64,000 bases of DNA from an uncultured Gammaproteobacteria bacterium (GTDB lineage: Bacteria > Patescibacteriota > Microgenomatia > UBA12405): assembly GCA_964503465.1 (NCBI GenBank), contig CAZCYZ010000004.1:16235-80234 (forward strand). The letters are read 5' to 3'. Below, piece by piece: positions 28,284-38,217 of this stretch. The notes under the pieces are model-generated. The model saw only the letters and a program-made list of their open reading frames with translations. It did no database searches and was not told the DNA's origin. Position 1 is the stretch's first letter. The number at the start of each line of letters is the position of its first letter. Both the position numbers and the translations under genes were made by a program.

Positions 28284-29481
28284 CAGGGAAAAAATTGTTT
28301 GGTTACTACTAGGACTGGTTGGAGTGACGGGATATTTTGGGCTGAGATGGCAAAATTTTGAGGAAAGAATGATTTTTGGAGCTGATGGGGGGGAGCATAT
28401 GCTTGAAAGCTACCAAATGTGGCAGAAAAAAGAATTAAGACTGGTTGGCCCGAAAGTTGGATCACGACAATACCTGGGGCGAGAAGTATTTATAGGACCA
28501 CAATATTATTATTTACTGGCAGGTCTGGGGGTGGTTTTTAACTGGGAGGCGGTGGGGATAACAAAATTTTTTAGCCTGGTGGAGCTGATGGTATTTGGGT
28601 GGTTTGTGATTTGGATAATAAGGAAATATGGCCCAGTAGAGGGAGCGATGGTGGGAACTGGCCTGGTGTTGTCACCATACCTAATTGCTCATAACCGTTT
28701 TATATGGAACCCACATCCGGTGTTGTGGCTGGGATTGATTTTGGTGGCAGTGTTGGAAAAAAAGAGATGGTTTTGGGTGGGGATAGTGTGGGGATTGGCA
28801 ATGTCATTTCACTTTAGTGCTATGTTGTGGGTGGTACCAATAATAGTACTAGTAGCAAAAAATATCAAAGAAAAATGGTGGTTAGTAGGGGCGGGATGGG
28901 TGTTGGCTGAACTACCATATGTGGTTTTTGAACTGAGACACAATTTCTATAACTTAAAAACATTAATAATGATAATGTTGGCTGGAGAAAATAAAGGAAC
29001 AATAGAGTGGCATCATGTCATTAGTCCCCTGCTGGGACTGGGGTTGTGGCTAGTGGCGGCAAAAATAAACAAAATTAAAAAGGTGAGAGTAAAGGTGGTG
29101 GTCGGAATAGTAGTAGTGGGGATAAGCTGTTGGGGACAGAGGGGAATGTTAATTGACCAACCGCGGGGCTGGAATTACCCCGAAAAAACTAAAGCGGTAA
29201 AAATGATTTTGAACAAAGGCTGTCCAACAAATTACAACGTGGCATCAACAGTGGATGGAAATACCAGAGCAAACGATTTGAGATATTTATTGACAACCAA
29301 AAACTGCCCACCAATGGGGCCAGCTGAATACCCAAAAATGAAAAAAATGTTCTTGGTGGCAGCAAATAGTAGGCCAATAGAAAATGAAACGGTTTGGGAA
29401 GTAGCCAGTGGAGGAAAGTTTGAGATACTAAGAAAAGAGAAACTAAACGATGATATTAATTTGTATGAATTAGATTATTAA
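28258..29481 (+). CDS. polytopic membrane protein, GT-C-like
   Basis: About 10 TM with a Trp-rich membrane core. It is paired with the next gene; 1-nt gap. Confidence 0.4.
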   Translation: MCRRVKKSNREKIVWLLLGLVGVTGYFGLRWQNFEERMIFGADGGEHMLESYQMWQKKELRLVGPKVGSRQYLGREVFIGPQYYYLLAGLGVVFNWEAVGITKFFSLVELMVFGWFVIWIIRKYGPVEGAMVGTGLVLSPYLIAHNRFIWNPHPVLWLGLILVAVLEKKRWFWVGIVWGLAMSFHFSAMLWVVPIIVLVAKNIKEKWWLVGAGWVLAELPYVVFELRHNFYNLKTLIMIMLAGENKGTIEWHHVISPLLGLGLWLVAAKINKIKKVRVKVVVGIVVVGISCWGQRGMLIDQPRGWNYPEKTKAVKMILNKGCPTNYNVASTVDGNTRANDLRYLLTTKNCPPMGPAEYPKMKKMFLVAANSRPIENETVWEVASGGKFEILRKEKLNDDINLYELDY

Positions 29482-29482
29482 G

Positions 29483-30895
29483 ATGAAAAAGGCAATAGTG
29501 ATCGGGATAGTGTTGATGGCAGTTTTTTGGAGATTTTACAAGTTTGGTGATAGGTGGGTGCTAAATCAAGACCAGGCAAGAGATGCCATAATCGGACTGT
29601 ACGCGATAAGAAATGGGCAAGTACCAGAGATTGGATCGCCATCATCAGCGGGACCGTTTAATTTTGGACCATGGTATGACTTTGCGATTATGGGTTGGCA
29701 GAAAGTGCTACCAAATGTTGATGGGCCATGGATTGGTTTTGGGGTATTTTCGGTGTTGATAGTGATGGGGATGATGAAAATTGGCCAAATAACGGAAGGA
29801 GGAAGATTAGCGGTGATATTGGGATTAATTACAGCATTTAGTGTGGGTCAGGTGGAAAACGGCGGAGAAATGCTTAACACGGTGCTGGTGGCGACAACCT
29901 CGACAATCGCCCTGGTAGCGATGGCAAAATTGGTAAAAGGAAAAAAGATTTGGTGGGGATTAATGTTGGGGGCGGGAGTGGGATGGTCAATTAATTGTCA
30001 TTTTCAGTCGTGGGGACTCTTGAGCTTGATGTTAACGGCTGGTTTGATTAATGATTTTGACTGGAGAGGAAAAATCAAAAGTAGTATATTAATGGGGGTT
30101 GGTTTCTTGGCAACATTTGTACCAATAATAATGTTTGACATTCGAAACGGAGGGGTGTGGACACAAAGTGTGTTTGAGTACTATACAGTAGGAGTAAAAA
30201 AATTCTATGTACCAGTAAGGTGGTTAACGGAAATTAGGGATTTTTGGCCGAGATTGTTTGGGGTGGTAACAACGGGAGTGCCGGAGATGGGTTATGTAAT
30301 TTTAGGGTTGGGGGTGATAGTGGGAGTGGGACTGACAATTAGAAAAAAGAAAATTGAAAAGTTTTGGTTGGCTTTGGTGGTGTCGTTGCTGATTCAGGTA
30401 TTGCTGATGAGGTTTTATCGCGGAGTACGGTCAAGAGAATACTTGATAGTGTTTCAGGGATACATAATCTTGATGACAGGATGGGTGATGAGCGAAATTT
30501 ATGATAGGCAAAAACTGATAGGAGTAGGGTTGTTGGGGATGTTGTTACTAATATCTGGGAGAAACAACTGGGTGGTGGTGAACAGGAAAAGCCAGATAGA
30601 GGAAATAGTAGCAATTAAAAAAGAAATTGATGAAGAAGCGGGAGATAAAAAGGTAATTTTTTACAACTATGAGCAATCAGACATGGCTTCTTTACCACTG
30701 ATGTATTTGTATTATTGGGAAAACAAAATTGACGAGGAAGGAGTAGCGGTGGGTGTGTGTGACGGAAATAGATACAAATGTCCACCAAGTGATTTTAAAA
30801 GTGGAAGAAACTACAACATTTACTATGATTTGAAAACCGAATGGACCAAACTAACTCCAGAGAATGTTTACCAAAGGTTGAGGGTGAATTACTAA
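29483..30895 (+). CDS. polytopic membrane protein, GT-C-like
   Basis: 470 aa, more than 10 TM, with a C-terminal soluble domain. Confidence 0.4.
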   Translation: MKKAIVIGIVLMAVFWRFYKFGDRWVLNQDQARDAIIGLYAIRNGQVPEIGSPSSAGPFNFGPWYDFAIMGWQKVLPNVDGPWIGFGVFSVLIVMGMMKIGQITEGGRLAVILGLITAFSVGQVENGGEMLNTVLVATTSTIALVAMAKLVKGKKIWWGLMLGAGVGWSINCHFQSWGLLSLMLTAGLINDFDWRGKIKSSILMGVGFLATFVPIIMFDIRNGGVWTQSVFEYYTVGVKKFYVPVRWLTEIRDFWPRLFGVVTTGVPEMGYVILGLGVIVGVGLTIRKKKIEKFWLALVVSLLIQVLLMRFYRGVRSREYLIVFQGYIILMTGWVMSEIYDRQKLIGVGLLGMLLLISGRNNWVVVNRKSQIEEIVAIKKEIDEEAGDKKVIFYNYEQSDMASLPLMYLYYWENKIDEEGVAVGVCDGNRYKCPPSDFKSGRNYNIYYDLKTEWTKLTPENVYQRLRVNY

Positions 30896-31410
30896 TGGAA
30901 ACAAGAGAAGAAAAAATCAAACGGGTAATGAGCCAAAGACATAGTGGAGTGATAGTGCTTGAGGACATACATGATCCGCACAACGCGGCGGCAGTGTGGC
31001 GAAGTTGTGATGCCTTTGGATTTGGAAAAGTGAACTTAATTTTTGAACAGGAAGAAAAGTTTAATCCGAAGCAGGTGGGAAAAGCAAGTTCGTCATCAGC
31101 CAACAAATGGCTTGAATTTGAAACATTTAACTCAACTGAAAAGTGCTTTAACAAACTGAAAAGTGAGGGGTATACAATCTATGCGACAGTGTTGGACCAG
31201 GAGGCCAAAGACCTAAAAGAAATAAACTTTGAGAAAGGTAAAATTGCGATTTGTTTTGGAAATGAACATCGAGGATTATCGGAAACGGCAATCAGGTTGG
31301 CAGACAAAAAAATTTATATTCCAATGCAGGGAATGGTGCAGAGTTTGAACTTATCAGTAACGGCGGGAATTGTGATGTGGGAAGTCGGTCGACAGTGGTC
31401 TAAACGATAA
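30895..31410 (+). CDS. SpoU/TrmH-family RNA 2'-O-methyltransferase
   Basis: VLEDIHDPHNAAAVWRSCDAFG...ICFGNEHRGLS...IPMQGMVQSLNLSV are SPOUT motifs. ATG overlaps the upstream stop (taATGg). Confidence 0.75.
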   Translation: METREEKIKRVMSQRHSGVIVLEDIHDPHNAAAVWRSCDAFGFGKVNLIFEQEEKFNPKQVGKASSSSANKWLEFETFNSTEKCFNKLKSEGYTIYATVLDQEAKDLKEINFEKGKIAICFGNEHRGLSETAIRLADKKIYIPMQGMVQSLNLSVTAGIVMWEVGRQWSKR

Positions 31411-32010
31411 ACGATGGATGGGGCAAGGACCATGGAGTTTTAAGGCAGAAAGGTGTTGTTTGGTGCCATAGCCTTTGTGGTGCTTAAAGCCGTATTGGGG
31501 ATACTGGGAATCAAAACCATCCATAATACAGTCACGAGTAACCTTGGCAACGATGGAAGCGGCGGCGATAGAAAAACATTTTTGATCGCCCTTGACAATG
31601 GACAAACCCCTCCGTCCTACGGACACCTCCCCTTGACAGGGGAGGAATCCGTCCAGAAGATAAAAATCAAACTGGCCTTGGAACGCACGTAATGCTTGAA
31701 TAACGAGTAGATTAATTGTTCGACCTATCCCCTGCTGATCGATATCGACAGAGGCGGCGGAAAATGTTTGGGGACGAAAAGATTGGAGATAGTAAAAAAT
31801 TTTTTGACGTTGACGGGAACTTAGCAATTTGGAATCACGAACAGAGAGATTGATAAACTCTTGGGGATTAAAAGTACCAAGGTCAAGAAGAAAAGCACCG
31901 ATGGTAACCGGACCGGCTAGTGGCCCACGACCAACTTCATCGATACCGAGAAGAAAACGACAACTAGGAGGGAGAAGGGATTTTTCGAAATCAAAATTGG
32001 GACTAATCAT
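31354..32010 (-). CDS. rnhB: ribonuclease HII
   Basis: LGIDEVGRGPLAGPV catalytic motif. The start was trimmed to MISPNF..., and the gene carries an in-frame palindromic element. Confidence 0.85.
   Translation of the reverse strand: MISPNFDFEKSLLPPSCRFLLGIDEVGRGPLAGPVTIGAFLLDLGTFNPQEFINLSVRDSKLLSSRQRQKIFYYLQSFRPQTFSAASVDIDQQGIGRTINLLVIQALRAFQGQFDFYLLDGFLPCQGEVSVGRRGLSIVKGDQKCFSIAAASIVAKVTRDCIMDGFDSQYPQYGFKHHKGYGTKQHLSALKLHGPCPIHRLSFRPLSTDFPHHNSRRY
31603..31653. repeat. palindromic element copy A (double hairpin), in frame within rnhB
   Basis: AAACCCCTCCGTCCTACGGACACCTCCCCTTGACAGGGGAGG; encodes LPCQGEVSVGRRGL in RNase HII. Confidence 0.7.
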
Positions 32011-32025
32011 GTGATAATGAATTAT

Positions 32026-32148
32026 ATGGCAGTAAAAAAAATTGGAGAGAAATACTGTTGCGCGATTTGTGGCAATGAGGTAACGGTAACTAGAGTGGGA
32101 GGGGGAACTTTGATATGTTGCGGACAGGCAATGAAAATTGTAGAGTAG
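32026..32148 (+). CDS. desulforedoxin-like mini-protein (40 aa), not in the ORF track
   Basis: MAVKKIGEKYCCAICGNEVTVTRVGGGTLICCGQAMKIVE versus D. gigas desulforedoxin [37 protein letters not shown]; shared Y.C..CG..V.V...GGGTL.CCG..M. Confidence 0.6.
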   Translation: MAVKKIGEKYCCAICGNEVTVTRVGGGTLICCGQAMKIVE

Positions 32149-32367
32149 ATTGATTGCCAAGAAGCTATTTGGAACGATTGCAGGATGTGTATAAACCTCA
32201 GGAGGGACAACCATTGGTGACTCATAGGCCGTTTGGATTGGGAGCAATATTAAAAGATAGACCATTTGAAAAATTGTCGCCGCGGGAAAAACTAACATTA
32301 GTTAACCATCCGGATCCAGAGATAAGAGAGTGGGCAAGAAATCATAGGTTGGGGTAAAATAAGCGAG

Positions 32368-34134
32368 ATGAAAAAAGATGAACTACGATGGAGACTGGAT
32401 GATTTGTGGCCGATGGACAGTTGGGAGAAGAAGATTGAGAACCTGGAAAATGAATTGAAGGTAATGGAGAAGTGGTTGGGACAACTGGAGCCGGAAATGG
32501 CGGTGGCGGAATTTAAAAAAATAATGCTAGATGATGAGAAGTTGGGGGATATTGTTAGCCGAGTAGGAATGTTGCCAGGGTTGATGGAGGCGGTAAATCA
32601 AAAAGATACCAAGGCCAAACTGTGGCGGCGAAAGATAAGCGATCTGATGCTTAAATTTAATCTGCTGTCGATTCGAATTGGTAGATGGCTGAAGGGTTTG
32701 GAGGTACGGGACAGGAAGCAACTGGATGAGAAAAACGCTAAGAGACTGTTTGCTGGAGTGCCGGAATTGGAAGACAGCTTAAATTTTGGTTGGATGGTGG
32801 GGAAATATAGCTTGGAAGAAAGAGAGGAAGATATTGTGGATAACAAGGATATAAATGGACTGGGAGTGCTGACTGATTTGAGGTCGTTGATGGAGTCGGA
32901 GTATCAATATCAATGGGGTAAAAAAAATATTACCCAATCAGAGTTGATGAAGTTTGTGTATGACAGAAGCGGCGACAAAAGAGAAAGAGCTTATAGACTA
33001 ATGTTAACGAAACACAGAGAGGAAATTGACAAATCGTTTTTGATGTACCAAGCAGTAGTGAAAGACTGGATTTATGAGGCAAAAATTAGGGGCTACAAAT
33101 CGGCAATATCAATGAGGAATATGGGCAACAGAGTAGATGATAAGGTAATTGAGGTATTGCTGGAAGTATGTAAAAGAAAAAGAGGGGTATTTTGGAAGTT
33201 CTTTGACTGGAAGGCAAAATATTTGGGAGTAAAAAAGCTTAATAGGTTTGATTTATATGCATCTTTGGCGGACAAAAAAGGCAGAAGAGTGGTGGATTTT
33301 GAAGAAGCGAAATCGATGGTGTTAGAAACCTTTGATGGTTTTAGTACTGGTTTTGGAATGAGAGCAAGAAAAATATTTGAGGACCAACACATAGATTCCC
33401 ATCCAAGAAGGTTTAAGGAATCGGGAGCGTTTTGTGCGACCGCCAGTCCAGCGGTAACACCTTATATTATGATGAACTACACCGGAACGGTGAGAGATAT
33501 GGCGACGTTGGCCCACGAATTGGGACACGGAATCCACAGTCTGTATGCCAATACAAAATTACCGTCGGTACAACAGGCTGGCTTGCCACTGGCGGAGACT
33601 GCCTCAACACTGGGAGAAATGATAATGTTTGAAAAAATGTTGACGAAAGAAAAGGATGAGAGGCAGAAATCGCTAATGCTGGCGGACAAATTAACTGATG
33701 CTTATGCGACTATTTTGCGTCAAAACTATGTTGTGATGTTTGAGCTGGAAGCATTTAAGAGAATGGAGGGGGCAATAACAGAAAAGGAATTATCTGACTT
33801 GTGGCTTGGACTATTAAAAGAACAGCTTGGGCCAAGAGTAGAAGTTAATCCCCTGTTTCGATATGAATGGGCTTATATATCACATATATTTAACTCACCA
33901 TTCTATTGTTATGCTTATAATTTTGGGGAGCTGTTAAGCTTGGCGCTGTATAAGAGGTACAAGGATGAGGGAAAAAGTTTTGTGGCTAAAATTGAAAAAA
34001 TACTAGCGACGGGGGGATCAAGGGATCCGATGTTGGTGCTGAAAGAAGTGGGAGTGGAAATTGAAAAGGAAAAGTTTTGGGAGGGAGGCTTTGAAATACT
34101 GGAGGAGTGGGTAAGTAGGTTGTGGAAGTTGTAA
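32368..34134 (+). CDS. pepF: oligoendopeptidase F (M3B metallopeptidase)
   Basis: HELGHGIHS HExxH motif plus a downstream Glu, with M3B-typical length (588 aa). Confidence 0.85.
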   Translation: MKKDELRWRLDDLWPMDSWEKKIENLENELKVMEKWLGQLEPEMAVAEFKKIMLDDEKLGDIVSRVGMLPGLMEAVNQKDTKAKLWRRKISDLMLKFNLLSIRIGRWLKGLEVRDRKQLDEKNAKRLFAGVPELEDSLNFGWMVGKYSLEEREEDIVDNKDINGLGVLTDLRSLMESEYQYQWGKKNITQSELMKFVYDRSGDKRERAYRLMLTKHREEIDKSFLMYQAVVKDWIYEAKIRGYKSAISMRNMGNRVDDKVIEVLLEVCKRKRGVFWKFFDWKAKYLGVKKLNRFDLYASLADKKGRRVVDFEEAKSMVLETFDGFSTGFGMRARKIFEDQHIDSHPRRFKESGAFCATASPAVTPYIMMNYTGTVRDMATLAHELGHGIHSLYANTKLPSVQQAGLPLAETASTLGEMIMFEKMLTKEKDERQKSLMLADKLTDAYATILRQNYVVMFELEAFKRMEGAITEKELSDLWLGLLKEQLGPRVEVNPLFRYEWAYISHIFNSPFYCYAYNFGELLSLALYKRYKDEGKSFVAKIEKILATGGSRDPMLVLKEVGVEIEKEKFWEGGFEILEEWVSRLWKL

Positions 34135-34145
34135 AATATGAGACT

Positions 34146-34685
34146 ATGAGAGAGAAACTTTATCGATCAGGAAAAGATAATATAATTACTGGGGTTTGCG
34201 GAGGTTTGGGGGATTATTTTGGAATTGATTCGATATTAATTCGACTAGGATTTGTATTGCTTACCGTGTGGGGTGGAAGCGGGGTAGTGTTGTACATAGT
34301 GATGTCGATACTGATACCCAAGGAAAAAGGTGGATCGGTGACGATGGATAAGGAAAATAAAGTAGAAGAGCTGGTGGAAGACGTAGGAGGCAGGGTAAAA
34401 GATTTGGTGGAAGAAATAAGGGAATCACCAAAAAACACAGGCGGAGGAAAAATAATAATGGGAATTTTGCTGATAATTTGGGGAGGGGTGGAGTTGATTA
34501 AAAAAATGGGATGGCTTGAGGTGGATGTGTGGGAGCTAGTGTGGCGATGGTGGCCAGCAGGAATAATGCTGGCAGGACTGTCGATAATTTTTGGGAAGAG
34601 ATGGTGGGCGGGAGTGATAGGTTTTGTAATAATCGGAGTAGCGGCTTATTTTATTCTCGGCAACAATCTAGGATTTTTCCGATAA
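34146..34685 (+). CDS. PspC-domain membrane protein
   Basis: LYRSGKDNIITGVCGGLGDYFGIDSILIRLGFVL is the PspC domain signature, and a second TM pair is present. Confidence 0.7.
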   Translation: MREKLYRSGKDNIITGVCGGLGDYFGIDSILIRLGFVLLTVWGGSGVVLYIVMSILIPKEKGGSVTMDKENKVEELVEDVGGRVKDLVEEIRESPKNTGGGKIIMGILLIIWGGVELIKKMGWLEVDVWELVWRWWPAGIMLAGLSIIFGKRWWAGVIGFVIIGVAAYFILGNNLGFFR

Positions 34686-35208
34686 CGCCAGACACTTTAC
34701 CCAAGAAATCAGATTTTTTGTAGGGAATAGGGTTTTCTTTGGATTTTGGTTGGGCGTTAAACCCCTCTTGGTCTCCCCTTGACAGGGGAGATTTTTTATC
34801 TGAGTCCATACCGAGATTGATAGCCCAAAAGAGATTATAGAGATCGTAGGATTTTTGAAAAAGATCATAAGCTGTTTTAGTGTCGCCTTTGGTTTGATAT
34901 TTGGTACCAACTTCCATGACCCGCATTGAGGCGGCCAAAAGATGTTTTGAGGTGCACCAAACTTCACCCTCATAATCGGGAATCAACATTTTCATAAGGA
35001 CTTTGCGCATCTCCCGGGCTTCATTTAAAAGTTCGAAATACTTAGTTTTACCAGTTTTGTTGGCATTGAAAAACATATGTTCTTCGATAGCAATCAAGTT
35101 CATAACAGCCATGGAGAGGTCTTCGCCGGAGGCAAGGTCAAACTGATGACCGGACTCGGTTTTTTTAACCTTGTCCATAAATTTCTGGAGGTCAAGAGGA
35201 TTAGTCAT
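34651..35208 (-). CDS. hypothetical protein (C-terminus built partly from a palindromic element)
   Basis: 185-aa ORF; the SPLSRGDQEG segment is encoded by the repeat element at 34759-34790. Confidence 0.35.
   Translation of the reverse strand: MTNPLDLQKFMDKVKKTESGHQFDLASGEDLSMAVMNLIAIEEHMFFNANKTGKTKYFELLNEAREMRKVLMKMLIPDYEGEVWCTSKHLLAASMRVMEVGTKYQTKGDTKTAYDLFQKSYDLYNLFWAINLGMDSDKKSPLSRGDQEGFNAQPKSKENPIPYKKSDFLGKVSGVIGKILDCCRE
34759..34790. repeat. palindromic element copy B
   Basis: AAACCCCTCTTGGTCTCCCCTTGACAGGGGAG; encodes SPLSRGDQEG on the reverse strand. Confidence 0.7.
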
Positions 35209-35246
35209 AGGGTTATTTTATCAATTAAATTTGTTATGCTGGTAAG

Positions 35247-36182
35247 ATGAGCTGGATGTACGTAGTGGGAGTGATTGGAGCGTCAATGATGCTAGCGCTG
35301 GCGACGGAAAAAACTATTAAGTTGTTGGAGCATTTTTGTCAAATAACCGGACTAAAACAGTATGCCGTAACAGCAGTAGTGATTGCTCTGGCGACAAGTT
35401 TGCCGGAACTGGGCGTGTCGGTAATTTCGGCAATGAAGGGTGCTCCGGAAATTGCTTTTGGGAATGGAGTGGGATCTAATATTGTTAACCTAGCTTTGGT
35501 GGCGGGGATGACAGCTGTTTGGAGCCGAGTAATCATGTTTGAACATGATATTGCGGAAAAAAAAATAATTTGGCCAGTTGCCGCGTCGTTTTTGCCTTTT
35601 GTGTTGTTAATAGATGGAAGGATTGGGAGAGGAGATGGAATGTTGCTGCTGTTGACTTACGGAGTTTATGTGTGGAACTTGATAAAGACTAGCAAGACTC
35701 AAAAAACAAATGGAGTGGACTTGAAAAATGGGAAAATGGCAGAGGTACTATTGAGGTTGGGGTGGTGGGTGACGGTGTTATTAATATCGGCTGGTTTGGC
35801 GGTTGATTGGGCAAGGATTTTGGCTGAAGCAGTTAGACTGCCACTGATATTTGTGGGGTTGTTTGTAGTGGCGGTGGGGACCTCCTTGCCAGAGCTGATA
35901 TTTAATCTGGCGGCAGTTAACCACCACCGCAAGAGCCTGGCAATGGGAAATATTATTGGGTCAAACATTACCAATGCCACACTAATAATTGGACTAGCGG
36001 CGATGATGTCACCAATAAATTTGAGCCCAAAGCTGGTGTGGACGACAGGACTGCAGTATCTGTTTGTGGTATTGGCCTTTGTATTGTTCACAATGACAAA
36101 AAAGAAACTGGAAAGATGGGAGGGAGTGGCGTTAATAGGATTGTTTGTCTATTATACGATGGTGGAATTGATTATTAGATAG
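35247..36182 (+). CDS. Ca2+/cation antiporter (CaCA family, YrbG-like)
   Basis: Two alpha-repeats: AVTAVVIALATSLPELGVSV and VGTSLPELIFNLAA (GTSLPE signature). Confidence 0.8.
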   Translation: MSWMYVVGVIGASMMLALATEKTIKLLEHFCQITGLKQYAVTAVVIALATSLPELGVSVISAMKGAPEIAFGNGVGSNIVNLALVAGMTAVWSRVIMFEHDIAEKKIIWPVAASFLPFVLLIDGRIGRGDGMLLLLTYGVYVWNLIKTSKTQKTNGVDLKNGKMAEVLLRLGWWVTVLLISAGLAVDWARILAEAVRLPLIFVGLFVVAVGTSLPELIFNLAAVNHHRKSLAMGNIIGSNITNATLIIGLAAMMSPINLSPKLVWTTGLQYLFVVLAFVLFTMTKKKLERWEGVALIGLFVYYTMVELIIR

Positions 36183-36652
36183 AAGACAAGGGTAATAGTA
36201 AGCACGGAGGTAACTGGAAAAACAACTTTGGCATAGGGAAAGGGGGTGTGACCGAGGCGTTTTTTGATAAACAAATAGAAGTGATTGCCCGTAGCCATGG
36301 CGATGAGACCAAGAATCTGGCCAAGAACTATTTTGTCAACACCAAAAAGAGTGGCGCCGCCAGTTTGATCGGTGAAGTAAAAATAGGCCAAGGTGGTAAC
36401 CAAAAGAATGGCGGCTAAAATATGACCATTGTTAAGAAATTTGGTCTTGAGTTTAGGCGCCAGCCAAAAGGAGATGGCGGTGTTGAGAGCAGAAATCCAG
36501 ATCGAAACCAGTAAATCATCGATGCCAAGCTTTTTGGCAATCAGCATTCCCCCGCCGACAGTAACAATACAGACGGGACACTGGGCAAGTGCAGGACGGG
36601 CAAAAGATAAAAAGTTGAAAGTCAAAAATAAAAAAGAAAATAAAAAAGACAT
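36152..36652 (-). CDS. membrane protein with signal peptide and CPVC motif (possible A24 prepilin-peptidase-like)
   Basis: MSFLFSFLFLTFNFLSFARPALAQCPVC...; G.DD and GVDK segments loosely recall A24 Asp motifs. Weak call. Confidence 0.25.
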   Translation of the reverse strand: MSFLFSFLFLTFNFLSFARPALAQCPVCIVTVGGGMLIAKKLGIDDLLVSIWISALNTAISFWLAPKLKTKFLNNGHILAAILLVTTLAYFYFTDQTGGATLFGVDKIVLGQILGLIAMATGNHFYLFIKKRLGHTPFPYAKVVFPVTSVLTITLVFYLIINSTIV

Positions 36653-36738
36653 AGGATTATGGTAACAGAAAAAAGGTCGGGGCCAAAGTCAAAGTCCCCC
36701 CGCAGTGGCGGGAAGAACCTTGACTTCGAGGAAATAAA

Positions 36739-36828
36739 TTATTTTTTGTGGCAACCGCAAGTACATTCTGGGCCACAATTACATTTGGGACCGCAACCGC
36801 AGGCACAACATTGTTTTTGATTGTCCAT
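36739..36828 (-). CDS. metallothionein-like Cys-rich peptide (29 aa, 9 Cys), not in the ORF track
   Basis: Reverse-strand translation MDNQKQCCACGCGPKCNCGPECTCGCHKK with an ATG start and TAA stop. The listed ORF 36657-36842 is in a different frame. Confidence 0.4.
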   Translation of the reverse strand: MDNQKQCCACGCGPKCNCGPECTCGCHKK

Positions 36829-36928
36829 GTTTGGTTAAACAATAATTACTACAATTGTAGTAGGATGATGGGATGATGTCAAGAGGGTGATTATGAAGAC
36901 TTGATATGTCAAGTGATAGAATACACCG

Positions 36929-37636
36929 ATGATTAGGTATTTTGAAGCACAAAAGTGCCAGTTTCAATTTGAAGTTGAGACAGGCTTCCCGGTTCTTAAA
37001 AACGAAGACAAGACAGAAGTGGTGAAGGCATGGCGAGAATTGATAGCCAAAAAACCAGGAATATTTAATGGTGGAGTGTGGAGTTGTCATCGAATAGCCG
37101 AGAATGATACCGGCATAACGATGGGAGTCAATACCACCGACTATGCAACATATTTGTGGGCCAGAAGTGGGAGGCGAATAGTACCGGGAGCCTGGACTAT
37201 AGGGACAGGAGCTTTGATTTTTGACGAGGATGACAATTTAATACTCGTGCAAAGAACGATGAAAGTAGCAACTGATCCAGGAAAAATATCGGTTATCGGG
37301 GGAGTAGTTGATATAGAAACTGGAATTATGGAGGGTGATTTTGTGGGAATGATTAGAAGACAGATTCAAAAGGAAATAAATGAAGAAATAGATTTAGAAG
37401 AGATAAAAGAAACTGAATTTCTTGGAGTGGCGATAGACGCAGAGACTTTGAAGGTCGAATTTGGATTTAGAGTGGATGCAGGCGGAAGAATAAATATTAA
37501 GGACAAAGATGAGAGTAGAGAATTGGTGAGGGTTAAGGGTGAGGAGATTGGTAGATTCATTAGAAAACATCGAAACGAGTTGGAGTTATCGACAAGATGG
37601 CACTTGGAACACTGGTTTGAAGGGAATAACAGCTAG
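36929..37636 (+). CDS. hypothetical protein, possible divergent Nudix-like
   Basis: GGVVDIETGIMEGDFVGMIRRQIQKEINEEI loosely fits GX5EX7REUXEEXGU. Confidence 0.3.
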   Translation: MIRYFEAQKCQFQFEVETGFPVLKNEDKTEVVKAWRELIAKKPGIFNGGVWSCHRIAENDTGITMGVNTTDYATYLWARSGRRIVPGAWTIGTGALIFDEDDNLILVQRTMKVATDPGKISVIGGVVDIETGIMEGDFVGMIRRQIQKEINEEIDLEEIKETEFLGVAIDAETLKVEFGFRVDAGGRINIKDKDESRELVRVKGEEIGRFIRKHRNELELSTRWHLEHWFEGNNS

Positions 37637-38203
37637 CTAAATACTACCAAGTGAATGAAGGTATTGAAGGAGAACAGCAACGGAACGACCTTCTTGCATT
37701 TTACCTGAAAGACAAATATCGACAACCTCGGGAATTGGTGTCCAAGTGGGAGTGATTTTTTCGTCTTCAGTTAACTGTTGATGGCCTGAATCAGAAAAAT
37801 CGGTGGCGACGAAATAATACATATCGAAATTAATGGTAGGCGCACCACTAGTGGCGATAGTAAACAAACGAGGGTTGGTGGATACATATCCAGTTTCTTC
37901 GCGCATTTCGCGAATGGCGGCTTGGGTGATAAGTTGGTCAACAGCAGAGTTGTTCTTCATTGCATCCCACTCGGTATTAGTTTCGCAAACTTTACCCCCC
38001 GGAAGACGAATATCGTCACCAACATCAAGACGGACCTCACGGTTTAGGAGAATGTGGTCATCAGCTAAACGGTGAATAATAATTCGAGTACCGGGTGGAC
38101 GAACGGCAGTTTCGTGAATACGACCATCGGGCTGGTGTTTCTCGACAACTCGAATAATGTGACCATCGTAGGTGGTAACACTTTGAGAATAAGAACCAGA
38201 CAT
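37637..38203 (-). CDS. NUDIX hydrolase
   Basis: LPGGKVCETNTEWDAMKNNSAVDQLITQAAIREMREETGY is a canonical Nudix box. Confidence 0.8.
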   Translation of the reverse strand: MSGSYSQSVTTYDGHIIRVVEKHQPDGRIHETAVRPPGTRIIIHRLADDHILLNREVRLDVGDDIRLPGGKVCETNTEWDAMKNNSAVDQLITQAAIREMREETGYVSTNPRLFTIATSGAPTINFDMYYFVATDFSDSGHQQLTEDEKITPTWTPIPEVVDICLSGKMQEGRSVAVLLQYLHSLGSI

Positions 38204-38217
38204 GGGTGCATTATACC

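Noticed and set aside
32154-32357. 67-aa ORF with a HEAT-like LTLVNHPDPEIREWARNH segment
   Set aside because: It needs a TTG start and has no in-frame ATG. It may be a remnant, and there is too little evidence to call it a gene.
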